Assembly: GCA_963720265.1 (NCBI GenBank)
Contig: CAVRET010000001.1
Location: 197,916-261,915 of the forward strand
Reading direction: 5' to 3'
DNA: 64,000 bases
From: an uncultured bacterium
Lineage (GTDB): Bacteria > Patescibacteriota > Saccharimonadia > UBA4664
Shown here: positions 16,868-26,551 of the stretch, one piece after another
Layout: each line of letters begins with the position of its first letter
How positions within the stretch are numbered: position 1 is the first letter of the stretch
Notes under the pieces: model-generated
Database searches by the model: none
Told to the model about the DNA's origin: nothing
The model's input: the letters and a program-made list of their open reading frames with translations, nothing else
Program-made: the position numbers and the translations under genes

Positions 16868-18618
16868 GTAGTGTGACCCGGCGGCGGGTCGACGGCCTGG
16901 GCCCGGCACGGTCTGCGGCTACTGCCGCACCTATTCGTCCCGTGCCCGTGCTCCCGGTGCCGTCTCCCGTTCGGCCGCAGCCGAGCCCGGCCGCACCAGC
17001 GCCGCCAAGTCCGCCCCGGCCGGCTGCTCCACCGCGCGTCGTTGCACCACCACCGGCCCAGGGGCGACCGCCTGAGCCTGACCAGGAGCACGTCCCTGAG
17101 CGTAGCCATGAAGAGATTATGGTTATTATTGTGGCGCTCATGCTCGCCATGTTACTGGCTGCGCTTGACCAGACGATTGTTGCCACTGCCTTGCCGCGGA
17201 TTGCGACGGATTTGCATGGCCTCAACAAGCTCTCGTGGGTGGCTACCGCGTATCTGCTTACAAGTGCAGTTGCCACTCCCCTGTATGGCAAAATCAGTGA
17301 CCAGTTTGGCCGTAAGAAGATTTTTCAGTTTGCCATTATTATTTTCTTGGTTGGTTCGGCACTATGTGGGCTGTCGCAGAACATGAATCAGCTCGTCATG
17401 TTTCGGGCGCTGCAAGGGATTGGCGCCGGCGGATTGATGTCGCTTTCTATGACGATCGTTGGCGACATTGTGTCGCCGCGGCAGCGGGGCAAATACCTAG
17501 GCTATTTCGGTGCAGTGTTTGCGATTTCAAGCGTGGCCGGGCCGCTTTTGGGCGGGTTCTTTACCGATTCGTTGTCCTGGCGGTGGGTGTTTTATATTAA
17601 TTTGCCGCTCGGTGTCTTAGCGCTAGCCGCGATTGCCACCCGCTTGCACTTGCCGGTGCACAAAATTGACCACCGGATTGATTATGTGGGCGCGGTACTC
17701 TTGGCGACAGCGGTGGTGCCGATAATCTTGGCGACGGTATGGGGTGGGGTAACCTATCCGTGGGGCTCGCACACGATTATTGGTCTGTACGCGGGCGGTG
17801 CGGTGGCGGCCGTGATTTTCGCCCTGTGGGAGCGGAGGGCGCCGGAGGCGATCATACCGACGCATCTCTTTAAGAACGATATTTTTACCGTGTCAGTAAT
17901 TTTGTCCCTGCTGTCAGGGATTGCGCTGTTCGCGTCGATTTTGTTTATTCCGGAATATCAACAGATTGTGCGCGGATATTCGGCGGTTAAGTCGGGATTG
18001 GCGCTCTTGCCGCTCGTTTTTGGGATGCTGGTGGCGCTGGTGGGCTCGGGACGGTTAATTACGAAGACGGGGCATTACCGGATTTTCCCCATTATTGGTA
18101 CGCTCGTTACGGCCGTGGGCATGTGGCTGTTTAGCCATCTCACGTTGCAGACGACTTCGCTTCAGCTCAGTCTGTGGATGGTGGTAGTGGGGCTTGGCAT
18201 TGGATCGTTCTTGCAGGTGATGACGCTGGCCGTGCAAAATGCGGTGCCGCGCTCGGAGCTCGGCGTGGCCACGGCTTCGGCGACGTTCTTCCGGAGTATT
18301 GGCAGCAGCTTGGGTGGCGCGATCTTTGGTGCGATCTTAACGAACCGCTTGGCCTACCATTTAAAGCAACTTTTGCCTCAGGTGCCCGGCGGCCACACGG
18401 CTGTGAGTGCTGCCAGTATTCAGTCGAGCGCATCGTCGCAGGCGATTGCGCTACTGCCGCATAGCATTGGGCAAGACGTGCTGCAGGCTTTTGTACTGTC
18501 GTTTCATGACATGTTTTTACTGGCGATCCCGGTGTTGGGCTTGGCGTTTATCGCGGCGTTGTTCCTACGCGAAATGCCGCTGCGCGGAAGCGCGCCAGTG
18601 GCTCCAGATTTGGGTTAG
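16864..18618 (+). CDS. DHA2 (EmrB/QacA) MFS efflux transporter with a Pro-rich N-terminal extension
   Basis: LDQTIVATALP, WVATAYLL, GKISDQFGRKK, WRWVFYINLP; 14-TM pattern. Confidence 0.95.
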   Translation: MSSVTRRRVDGLGPARSAATAAPIRPVPVLPVPSPVRPQPSPAAPAPPSPPRPAAPPRVVAPPPAQGRPPEPDQEHVPERSHEEIMVIIVALMLAMLLAALDQTIVATALPRIATDLHGLNKLSWVATAYLLTSAVATPLYGKISDQFGRKKIFQFAIIIFLVGSALCGLSQNMNQLVMFRALQGIGAGGLMSLSMTIVGDIVSPRQRGKYLGYFGAVFAISSVAGPLLGGFFTDSLSWRWVFYINLPLGVLALAAIATRLHLPVHKIDHRIDYVGAVLLATAVVPIILATVWGGVTYPWGSHTIIGLYAGGAVAAVIFALWERRAPEAIIPTHLFKNDIFTVSVILSLLSGIALFASILFIPEYQQIVRGYSAVKSGLALLPLVFGMLVALVGSGRLITKTGHYRIFPIIGTLVTAVGMWLFSHLTLQTTSLQLSLWMVVVGLGIGSFLQVMTLAVQNAVPRSELGVATASATFFRSIGSSLGGAIFGAILTNRLAYHLKQLLPQVPGGHTAVSAASIQSSASSQAIALLPHSIGQDVLQAFVLSFHDMFLLAIPVLGLAFIAALFLREMPLRGSAPVAPDLG

Positions 18619-18630
18619 CCCGCGGCTTGT

Positions 18631-18852
18631 TTAGCGTGACGTGCGCGTCCGGCCGCCGTAGGCGCCGCCGCCGTAGCCGTTGGTTACCGGTTGATCGCGA
18701 TTGGCCAAACTACTGAGTCCCTTGACGATACTTGACGCGCCAACGACTGCCAGCGTCGCGGCACCCAAAAAGCCCAGGAATTGCCGGCGGTCCATGTCGG
18801 CATTCAGTAAGTCTTGCAGTGGTTTCTGGTTGGTTTTACTATCCACTCTCAT
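18631..18852 (-). CDS. 73-aa micropeptide with a twin-arginine signal and a GYGGGAYGG tail
   Basis: MDRRQFL followed by a hydrophobic h-region; directly downstream of tatC. Confidence 0.8.
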   Translation of the reverse strand: MRVDSKTNQKPLQDLLNADMDRRQFLGFLGAATLAVVGASSIVKGLSSLANRDQPVTNGYGGGAYGGRTRTSR

Positions 18853-18907
18853 CTCGATTAGTAATGCTTACGCTTAACTTAGCAAACGCGGGCTTGCTTG
18901 GCAACGG

Positions 18908-19819
18908 CTATGATGGGAGCTGGCGCAAATCAAGTACATTGGCTCCCCTCAGGCCGGGAGTCGGCGTGGATGAAGCGGTTCGCAGGTCGACCGTAGCTGG
19001 GCGCAGGGGCTGTCGCAGAGGCCGCGGTTTGGGGGTCGGGATTGTGGTTGGTGTCTGCGAGGTCGGCATCGGGGGTGCTGCTTCGGGCATGGCGGCCGCC
19101 GCTTGTTTGAGATTTGCTCGTGCCCGGCGGTGGTGCGCGGCTACGACTAGCCATAATGAGATTTCGTAGAGCAGTACAACCGGCAGCGCGAGCATGATTT
19201 GCGAAACCGGATCAGGCGCGATCGGCAAAATGAGCGCGGCCGCAAACGCGCCCACAATCATCCACTTACGGAAGCGTTTGAGCGTCTGAGGGGGGATTGG
19301 CCTGATGTGATCAATGAACAGCAACACGAGCGGCAGTTGGAAAATGACGGCAAATACGGCCAGATAATTCATCACGAACGTGAGATACGAGTCGGCTGCG
19401 ATGAGCGGGTGCAAATGTTGGATCGCGATGCCTGATAAAAATCGCAATACTACCGGCAGCGAAACGTAATAGGCAAAGGCCGCGCCGCCGACTGCCAACG
19501 CACACGAAGCTAACACAAACCCGGCCACCTGCCGAGCTGACATTGGCTTTGGCAGAGCGGGTCGCACAAATGCCACTAAGTTGTATATGAGAACCGGAAT
19601 GGCCGGCAACAAGCCCACAAGCAAACAGGCCTGCATTAGGAAATTGAACGCGCCCATCACCTGGCTGTAATACAGCGTGCCGTGGAGCGGCGCTTGCAGC
19701 CAGGTCAGCACCTGATTGCGAATGAGATAGCCGAAGCAGGCGCCGGCAAAGAGAACGGCCGCCGACACCATGAGGCGGCGACGCAGCTCATGCACATGCT
19801 CCATGAACGGCTGGTTCAT
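18908..19819 (-). CDS. tatC: twin-arginine translocase subunit TatC with a Pro-rich C-tail
   Basis: PFMEHVHELRRRL, FQLP, PDPVSQ and LYEIS motifs. Confidence 0.93.
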   Translation of the reverse strand: MNQPFMEHVHELRRRLMVSAAVLFAGACFGYLIRNQVLTWLQAPLHGTLYYSQVMGAFNFLMQACLLVGLLPAIPVLIYNLVAFVRPALPKPMSARQVAGFVLASCALAVGGAAFAYYVSLPVVLRFLSGIAIQHLHPLIAADSYLTFVMNYLAVFAVIFQLPLVLLFIDHIRPIPPQTLKRFRKWMIVGAFAAALILPIAPDPVSQIMLALPVVLLYEISLWLVVAAHHRRARANLKQAAAAMPEAAPPMPTSQTPTTIPTPKPRPLRQPLRPATVDLRTASSTPTPGLRGANVLDLRQLPS

Positions 19820-19837
19820 TCGCGACTCGTTTGCTTG

Positions 19838-20008
19838 TTACGCGGTCTTGTCGGTTTCTTTGACGTCTGAGACTTCGCCGTTGAAGCCCTTGCGCACTTC
19901 ACGGACGCTGAGCCCGATGCTACGCGCCAGTTCGGGCAGCTTCTTGCCGCCGAACAGCACCAGGACGATCACCAAAACGATGAGCAATTCCTCGGTCTTA
20001 CCAAACAT
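19838..20008 (-). CDS. tatA: twin-arginine translocase subunit TatA (56 aa, missing from the ORF track)
   Basis: MFGKTEELLIVLVIVLVLFGGKKLPELARSIGLSVREVRKG; SD GAGGGG. Confidence 0.93.
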   Translation of the reverse strand: MFGKTEELLIVLVIVLVLFGGKKLPELARSIGLSVREVRKGFNGEVSDVKETDKTA

Positions 20009-20061
20009 AAACCCCTCACATTTATTGGTTGTATGTTACCATAAGCTTAATGGTTAATTCA

Positions 20062-20313
20062 ATGATGCACGTGTTGGTGGTATCAGGCCTGCATTTGGCG
20101 TCAACCTTTAATTCCGGCGCCTATGGGGCCGGCGTGTACAACGGCTCGGCATCCAGTAGTACAAGCAATCCGCTCGTGTCGATTGGACCGCTGTCATTGC
20201 CCGACACCGGCGCAGGCTGGTCAGTGCTGTTGGGGGCGGCGGCGTTGGCAGTGGCCGGTGGCTTAGTGGTGTGGCTACGGGGTCGGCACAGGGCAGTCGA
20301 GCCCACAGCCTAG
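20062..20313 (+). CDS. small putative sortase substrate (LPDTG) with a GAYGAGVYNG motif
   Basis: LPDTG, hydrophobic helix and basic tail RGRHR; no clear N-terminal signal peptide. Confidence 0.7.
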   Translation: MMHVLVVSGLHLASTFNSGAYGAGVYNGSASSSTSNPLVSIGPLSLPDTGAGWSVLLGAAALAVAGGLVVWLRGRHRAVEPTA

Positions 20314-20400
20314 ATGGAGAGCGGCATGGTTGTGAAAAATTGGCTGGCTTATTATAGTTTTAAGCATAATCACTATTGGGACGGAGAGGTTAGCTAGGCG

Positions 20401-21060
20401 ATGGCGCGCTTACCAACACCGGGCGGAGATGACGGCGATTGGGGTGATATTCTCAACACCTATCTCGAGGTCTCGCACAACGGCGACGGTACTTTGCAGG
20501 GGGCGGCGGTTCAGCAGGCCGGTGGTGTAACTTCGGTTAACGGTAAGAATCCCAGTGGCGGCGCGGTAACGCTGGTAGCGGCTGACGTCGGCGCGGCGAC
20601 GCTCGATAGCACCGCGTCTGACATTCAAGCTCTTGGTTCGCAGGCGGTCGGCTCAATCGGCAAAGCGGCTGATGCCGGTCACGTGCACCCAACTACGGGT
20701 GTAGCGATGCTGAACGGCGCTACGTTTACCGATTATGTGGCCCCGGCTGTGGTGGCGCTGACGTTCGGTGGCTCGATCGCGGTGAACGCGGCGCAGGGTA
20801 ACGTGTTTGCCGTTACGATTACGTCAAGTTCCGGTATGCTGGCCAACCCGTCAAACGCGGTAGATGGGCAATCGATTCGTGTGCGGGTGGTTCAGGACGG
20901 TACCGGTGGCCGCACACTCGCCTACGGCAATGCCTACGATTTTGGCGCGGCCGGGCAGCCTACGCTCAGCACGAGCGCAAATAAGGTGGATATCCTTGGT
21001 TTTGAATATGTGGCGTCGTTATCGAAGTGGTGTTACTTGGGGTCGGGTCTCGGCTTCTAG
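20401..21060 (+). CDS. protein with an N-terminal RLPxPGxDxGxWGxxLN motif and a tail-fibre-like beta-rich C-terminal domain
   Basis: MARLPTPGGDDGDWGDILNTYLEVSHNGDGTL; GVTSVNGK..GAVTL repeat; VQDGTGGRTLAY...PTLST.ANKVDILGFEY. Confidence 0.75.
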   Translation: MARLPTPGGDDGDWGDILNTYLEVSHNGDGTLQGAAVQQAGGVTSVNGKNPSGGAVTLVAADVGAATLDSTASDIQALGSQAVGSIGKAADAGHVHPTTGVAMLNGATFTDYVAPAVVALTFGGSIAVNAAQGNVFAVTITSSSGMLANPSNAVDGQSIRVRVVQDGTGGRTLAYGNAYDFGAAGQPTLSTSANKVDILGFEYVASLSKWCYLGSGLGF

Positions 21061-21180
21061 CCTTTTTGCAAAATTTGTTACCTGATGATAGAATCGCCGG
21101 TACGTATAGGGAGGGTGCCGGCGTTTTAGTGCCGGTACTTTTCTTTACTGAACATTCCAAAGCGAAGGTGAGGTGAGACG

Positions 21181-22431
21181 ATGGGCCCCGGTGACTACGA
21201 AGGATCCCCGACTTGCTGCTGGGCAATTCTAGATAGATGGGAGCTGCACCGCGAAGGCGATGTGGAGAATTATCTCGCTCAATTCGGCCTACGGCCGGGC
21301 CAGGCGGTTCCAGAGGAATACAGGGCTGGCCTGGTGTTGGCGCTCGAAGCCGTCGACCTTGAATTCCGGACGCTTTTGGACCTACATCGCGCTAGCGATC
21401 GGCACGAAAAGTCCGGCAAATCTCGTACTTCGACTGAGCCCGACTATGGTTCAGCCACAGGCGGAGGACGGTCTTGGGTACGCCACAGGCGCCGCCGTCC
21501 AGCGGAACGAGTCGGGCGGCCGCGTCGTAGGCATGCGCCGCGTGTCCGGGCTACACCACATCCAGTCAGGCCGATGGCCCAGCCGAGGGTATGGCCGGCA
21601 CCAAGTGCCGGCGGCCCGTCTCGCCGTTCCCGCTGCCGGCACCTGCGACTCCCGAGGCTGCAGTGGCTGCTGGCCGTCGCAGTTGTGTTTCTCGGCGGAT
21701 ACGTCATGGTTGTGTACGGTCCGGCCGGCCGAGCATCGTGGGGTCCGGTGGAAACCAGTGTTCACGGTGTCATGAAGTATGCCTGCGAAAACGTAAATGT
21801 GGAGCAGGAGCCCAACCAGGTCAATTTCGCCTGCAGTCCGGCCGGACAGCAACTGCTGGCAGTGATTGCGCTGGTCATGGGGCACGATAACCAGAATTAC
21901 ACCGACAACCGGACGGACGGACGGCAGGGGCTCGAACCAATTAGCCCTGGCCAGGGAGGTACGATCGAGTGGGCGCTCGACCTCCCAACGTATTACCAGC
22001 CTGATAACGCCGTCCAAAGCGTTCAGGTTGCCGCCCGAGCGATCAACACGATTCTTGGCGGCACTTCGGTGACGGACGCGAAGACCGGCAAGACCGTGGC
22101 GCAGTCAGGGCTCGAGAGTAACGCACAGAACTGTCTCCGCTACACCGGTGAGCCGCTCCTGGTGGCACACCTGATGAAAGTGGTTAGCAAGAACGGCCAG
22201 ACGGCGGAGCAACAAGACCCCAGCTGGCCGGTGGTCTGTGCAGGTTCAATCACTACTGCTAGTGAGCAGGCGGCGGTTGCACGGGACGTGTTCAAGCAAT
22301 GGGATACCGGCGCCCCCGCGGGCCTGGTTGATCAGGTAGTGGCGTTCTTCGAGAACTGGAGCCCGAGCAACCCGGCTATCCAGCAGTTCGTTAAGCAGAA
22401 CAACCTGCAGGGTGTTCTGGCGGAGTCGTGA
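21181..22431 (+). CDS. hypothetical bitopic membrane protein with an Arg-rich cytoplasmic segment
   Basis: 416-aa ORF, SD GAGGTGA, one TM, extracellular Cys residues. Confidence 0.65.
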   Translation: MGPGDYEGSPTCCWAILDRWELHREGDVENYLAQFGLRPGQAVPEEYRAGLVLALEAVDLEFRTLLDLHRASDRHEKSGKSRTSTEPDYGSATGGGRSWVRHRRRRPAERVGRPRRRHAPRVRATPHPVRPMAQPRVWPAPSAGGPSRRSRCRHLRLPRLQWLLAVAVVFLGGYVMVVYGPAGRASWGPVETSVHGVMKYACENVNVEQEPNQVNFACSPAGQQLLAVIALVMGHDNQNYTDNRTDGRQGLEPISPGQGGTIEWALDLPTYYQPDNAVQSVQVAARAINTILGGTSVTDAKTGKTVAQSGLESNAQNCLRYTGEPLLVAHLMKVVSKNGQTAEQQDPSWPVVCAGSITTASEQAAVARDVFKQWDTGAPAGLVDQVVAFFENWSPSNPAIQQFVKQNNLQGVLAES

Positions 22432-22443
22432 TAGCGCGATGTG

Positions 22444-22483
22444 GCGGCCCGGCGCTTCAGGGAAACCTGAGGGGCCGGGCCGC
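22444..22483 (+). terminator. GC-rich hairpin
   Basis: GCGGCCCGGCGCTTCAGG-gaaa-CCTGAGGGGCCGGGCCGC. Confidence 0.65.
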
Positions 22484-22540
22484 TCGACCCGTATGGATTA
22501 ATCCGTATAATAGTGCTTAGGGTTAATTAAGCACATTCTC

Positions 22541-23941
22541 TTGGATCTCAACCTCTTCAGTCCGACGCTGGCATTTTTGCTATGCGCCGGCATTACCGCT
22601 CTGGCGACATATTTATTTGCGCAATTTGATGCGCGCTGGTACCATCGGTTTTTCCCGTTTGTGGTGTTGGCTGCGTTTGTGCTGGCGGCCGGGTTGCAGT
22701 ATGCGGCCGGCAAGTTGGCGTTTGCAGCTGATGAATTGCCATCAGAGTTGTGGCTTATGCTCACTCCTTTCACCGGTAGCGTGAGCTTGCTGGTTGGCTT
22801 GGTAGTACTGCAGCTGCATAAACAGCCGGGTAAGTACAAGAAGCGCAAGCCGCGCAAGCCAAAAGTCCCGGCAAGGCCGTGGCTGGGCATTGTGCGAACG
22901 TACGTGCCGGCCAGCTTGCTTGTGGTGGGGTCGTTCGCGTTTTCGTTTATCCTGGTCAATAACTACTACCAATACTACCCTAGCCTCTCGAGTCTCGTAG
23001 GCGACAACCGGCTGCTCGCACAAGGCGCCAACCACGTGGATTTGCAATACTCAACGGCTCACGTGGCTGTAGCTCAAAACTCAATTGAAGGCTCGCTTTC
23101 GAGTACGGTTACACAAACGCAAGGCCGGGTTCTGCCGGTAACCATTCCGGGCACGCTATCACATTTTGCCGCCCGGCAGGGCTATGTATACGAGCCGCCG
23201 ATCGCTGTGGCGCGCAGCTACATCCAGCTGCCGGTGTTAGTGCTTTTGGCCGGGGTGCCCGGGAACCCGGGGAATTGGCTGAACGGCGGTAATGTCGCGG
23301 CTACGCTGAACGCGTTTGCCAAACAGCATAACGGCATTGCTCCGTTGGTGTTTATGGTTGATGATACCGGCACATTTACGAACGACACTGAGTGCGTGAA
23401 CAGCCCCCGCGGCAACGTTGAGACCTACCTGACTGAGGACGTGCCGAATTATATTAAAGCTAACTACAATGCGTCCCGTGATCCGTCGCACTGGGCCATT
23501 GGTGGTTTAAGCATGGGCGGCACGTGCGGCGTGATGCTAACACTGAGGCATCCGAATGTATATCACTACTTTCTTGATTTTGGTGGTGACTTGGATATTA
23601 ATATCGGCACCGAATCCGGCACAATTGCCAAATTGTTCGGAGGCTCGAAGGATGAATGGGCGGCGCATCAGCCCCGGCTGCTACTGGCCGCGGCTGATGC
23701 TAAGCACAAATATCAGGGTGTCGGCGGCTATTTTGCGGTCGGCCGCGACGATTCTTTGAGCGTAACCGTTGCGGTGAAGCAATTATATCTGGACTCGCGC
23801 AAGGACAACCTTGATGTGGCGTATGAAGCAACCTCCGGGCAGCATACTTTTGCGGTGTGGCAACAAAACTTCAGCGACGCTTTGCCGTGGTTGTCCAACC
23901 GCCTGGGCGCGACCGAGTGCACGGCGGGCTGCTCGAATTAG
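22541..23941 (+). CDS. membrane-anchored esterase (alpha/beta hydrolase, actinobacterial-like)
   Basis: 4 N-terminal TMs; LLAGVPG, DTECVN, IGGLSMGG and GQHTF motifs. Confidence 0.85.
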   Translation: MDLNLFSPTLAFLLCAGITALATYLFAQFDARWYHRFFPFVVLAAFVLAAGLQYAAGKLAFAADELPSELWLMLTPFTGSVSLLVGLVVLQLHKQPGKYKKRKPRKPKVPARPWLGIVRTYVPASLLVVGSFAFSFILVNNYYQYYPSLSSLVGDNRLLAQGANHVDLQYSTAHVAVAQNSIEGSLSSTVTQTQGRVLPVTIPGTLSHFAARQGYVYEPPIAVARSYIQLPVLVLLAGVPGNPGNWLNGGNVAATLNAFAKQHNGIAPLVFMVDDTGTFTNDTECVNSPRGNVETYLTEDVPNYIKANYNASRDPSHWAIGGLSMGGTCGVMLTLRHPNVYHYFLDFGGDLDINIGTESGTIAKLFGGSKDEWAAHQPRLLLAAADAKHKYQGVGGYFAVGRDDSLSVTVAVKQLYLDSRKDNLDVAYEATSGQHTFAVWQQNFSDALPWLSNRLGATECTAGCSN

Positions 23942-23956
23942 TCCCATAGTTCTTAG

Positions 23957-24571
23957 TTACTTACAGGTGATGGCGGCTGATTGCGCGTGCGTGATGTTAT
24001 ATATATCAACGTGATAATGCGGCGCCGGGTAGCCGGCGTGGCCTTGTGAGAGCAAGCCGACATCAATGTGGTCGTAACTTCGGCCATAGAGCGGCAGATT
24101 AATATAGCTCTTGCCGTCTTGGATGTCGTTGATGCCAATCATATATTCAAGACCAATCACTTTGCCTTTGTAGACGTTAAACACTGGACCGTGGGGAATA
24201 TCGGACGGGAGCACATATTGCGTGCCGCGGCCGACCGAGCACTGGGAAATAATTGTGGCACCTTGTGGGACCTGGAGTGGGGCGTTGGCAGCAACTGCCA
24301 TCGGCCTGGCAGTGCTGGTGGCCCGGCCATCTCGGTAGCCGAGCCAATAGCTTCCGGCGCCGGTCAGGCCAAGCACCACAACGGCAGCGACAGCGAGCTC
24401 GATTTTGAGCCAGATCGAGCGACGGCGGGGCGGTGCTGTGTTGTCTGCCGGTGCCGGACTGTCCGGTGTTGTGGGCGGATAGGTAATCTCAACGCTCGCC
24501 GGCTCGCGTGTCGGCTGTTCGGGCGTGGCGCTTGGATTCGCTTCGTTGGCCTGGGTAGTTGTTTCAGTCAT
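23957..24571 (-). CDS. bitopic protein with a His-rich DUF5602-like domain
   Basis: TM; GKVIGLEYMI...DHID...GHAGYPAPHYHVDIY. Confidence 0.6.
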   Translation of the reverse strand: MTETTTQANEANPSATPEQPTREPASVEITYPPTTPDSPAPADNTAPPRRRSIWLKIELAVAAVVVLGLTGAGSYWLGYRDGRATSTARPMAVAANAPLQVPQGATIISQCSVGRGTQYVLPSDIPHGPVFNVYKGKVIGLEYMIGINDIQDGKSYINLPLYGRSYDHIDVGLLSQGHAGYPAPHYHVDIYNITHAQSAAITCK

Positions 24572-24648
24572 TTCCTTATAAGCTTAACCGCATTGCAGTA
24601 ACAGCGTCAATTTGTTCCGACTCGGTGGCAGCGGTATGATATTGCATA

Positions 24649-26490
24649 ATGGTTAAGCTTACCGTTCGCAGGCGTATTGTTTTGCTGATGCTCATGGTAT
24701 CGCTGATACCACTCGCGTTGGCCAATGCGATTTGGCTGCTGTCGAGTCAGGCTGAACTGCGTGCTGCAGCGGCGGCCCAGCAAAAACTGTTGGTAAAAAG
24801 CTCGGCTGATGCAGTCGACTATTTTATTGATGATAAGATCGACGCTGCTATTATTCATTCGCAAACCGCAGGCGTGCAGACGTTTCAGCTAGCCGAGGCA
24901 CAGATCGAACTACAGGCCTACCTGAAACAGGACGCTGATCTCACCCAGATATCGCTGGTAGACGCGCAGGGCAAACAGCGGCTCCTGGTGAGCCGAAGTG
25001 GTACGTCTACTGCGGTCACAGACGTGTCGTCTGATCCGGCGTTTCGGGTGGTAACGTTTTTGGGCGGAGAAGATTACATTGGTCCGGTAACGTTTGACGC
25101 CCAGCACAACGCCTACGTTACCATTGCCGTGCCACTGCTCAATTACACCACGACCCAGGCCGGCACATATCTTTCGACATCAGAGCCGGGCGTGATTTTG
25201 GCCCCGTCTCAAATTAAGGGCGCACTGATTATGAATGTAGCCCTGAAGAGCCTGTGGAACTCGGTACTGGCTGATGAGCTGGGCGGTTCAGGCTACGCCT
25301 ACATTGTGGATCATCAGGGCAACCTCGTCGCTTACCCCAATGCGACTTTTGGGGAGAAGCACTCCAATTTGTCGGATGTAGCCGAAGTAAAGGCTGCCTT
25401 GGCGCAAACGCAGGTGCCGGGAGGGGCCGTGTCTGCGCCCGATCCGCATCAGACCGTGTCCGAAACTGGGCAGCAGGTACTAAGTAGCCACTATCCGGTG
25501 GCCCGGACCGATTGGGTGGTAGTGGCCGAGGAGCCGATTAGCAGCGTGTATGCTCCGGTGCGCAATGATGAATTGGTGGCAGCCGGATTCTTTGCGCTGT
25601 CGGCGTTGGTGGGCTTGGGGCTGATCATACTGACCGCGCGGGGTTTGCTGAGGCCGATCCGAGTATTGAGCGAGGGTGCGGACCAGCTGGCTGGCGGCAA
25701 TTTGGGGGCACGGATTAGTCTGCCCCGCCAGGACGAATTTGGGCTGCTGGCGCGGACGTTTAACAACATGGCGGCTAAAATAAGCGCCGATATCGCTCAG
25801 CTGCAGGGTGTGGACCAGCTCAAAAACGAGTTTATAACCATTGCTTCGCATCATTTGCGCACGCCGCTAACGGTTATCAACGGCTATCTTGAGATTATGC
25901 GGGACCAAGATGCGTCCGAGGATACCCGCAAAATGCTTGGCATTATGGCTGACAGCGCCAGAGAGTTGTCCCGGTTTAGTTCCGATATGCTCACGATTTC
26001 AACCATCGAAGCCGGTTATGCCAATCTCGACATTACCGACATTACCGTGCAAAAACTGCTGGCGCCGGTGCGCGCTGTCTATACCGAGCGAGCGCAGCAG
26101 AACGGAATTAACTTGGTATGGTCGGTGGCCGAGCCGCACACGAATATGCGCCTGTCACCCGTGCACATTCGCAGTGTGCTCGCGAATTTGCTGTCAAATG
26201 CGCTTGAGTATACGCCGACGGGCGGCCGGGTTGATCTTGAAATAGCGGTACGGCCGGATTCTTACGTTATGACCGTGCGCGACACCGGGATTGGTATAGA
26301 ACCTGCGCAGATGCAGCAGCTGTTTACCGTGTTTCATCGCGGGACCGGTATGCTGCGCTATGATCACCCGGGCCGCGGAATCGGATTGTATTTGACCCGG
26401 CTGGTGGTGGAGGCGCACCACGGTCGCATCACCGTGCGGAGCCAACGCGGGCATGGGGCGACCTTTATCATTACCTTGCCAAAGTTATGA
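24649..26490 (+). CDS. sensor histidine kinase (Cache, HAMP, HisKA, HATPase)
   Basis: GYAYIVD, DEFGLLARTFN, SHHLRTPL, NLLSNA, DTGIG and GIGLY motifs. Confidence 0.93.
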   Translation: MVKLTVRRRIVLLMLMVSLIPLALANAIWLLSSQAELRAAAAAQQKLLVKSSADAVDYFIDDKIDAAIIHSQTAGVQTFQLAEAQIELQAYLKQDADLTQISLVDAQGKQRLLVSRSGTSTAVTDVSSDPAFRVVTFLGGEDYIGPVTFDAQHNAYVTIAVPLLNYTTTQAGTYLSTSEPGVILAPSQIKGALIMNVALKSLWNSVLADELGGSGYAYIVDHQGNLVAYPNATFGEKHSNLSDVAEVKAALAQTQVPGGAVSAPDPHQTVSETGQQVLSSHYPVARTDWVVVAEEPISSVYAPVRNDELVAAGFFALSALVGLGLIILTARGLLRPIRVLSEGADQLAGGNLGARISLPRQDEFGLLARTFNNMAAKISADIAQLQGVDQLKNEFITIASHHLRTPLTVINGYLEIMRDQDASEDTRKMLGIMADSARELSRFSSDMLTISTIEAGYANLDITDITVQKLLAPVRAVYTERAQQNGINLVWSVAEPHTNMRLSPVHIRSVLANLLSNALEYTPTGGRVDLEIAVRPDSYVMTVRDTGIGIEPAQMQQLFTVFHRGTGMLRYDHPGRGIGLYLTRLVVEAHHGRITVRSQRGHGATFIITLPKL

Positions 26491-26551
26491 TTAGCCGGTG
26501 CCTCAACCGGTTGCGCGATCCAAGCCGACATGAAAGAGCAGAACTCTTAGC

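Noticed and set aside
20401-21060. Prophage tail gene
   Set aside because: No other phage genes are nearby, and the N-terminal motif points to a cellular surface-protein family.
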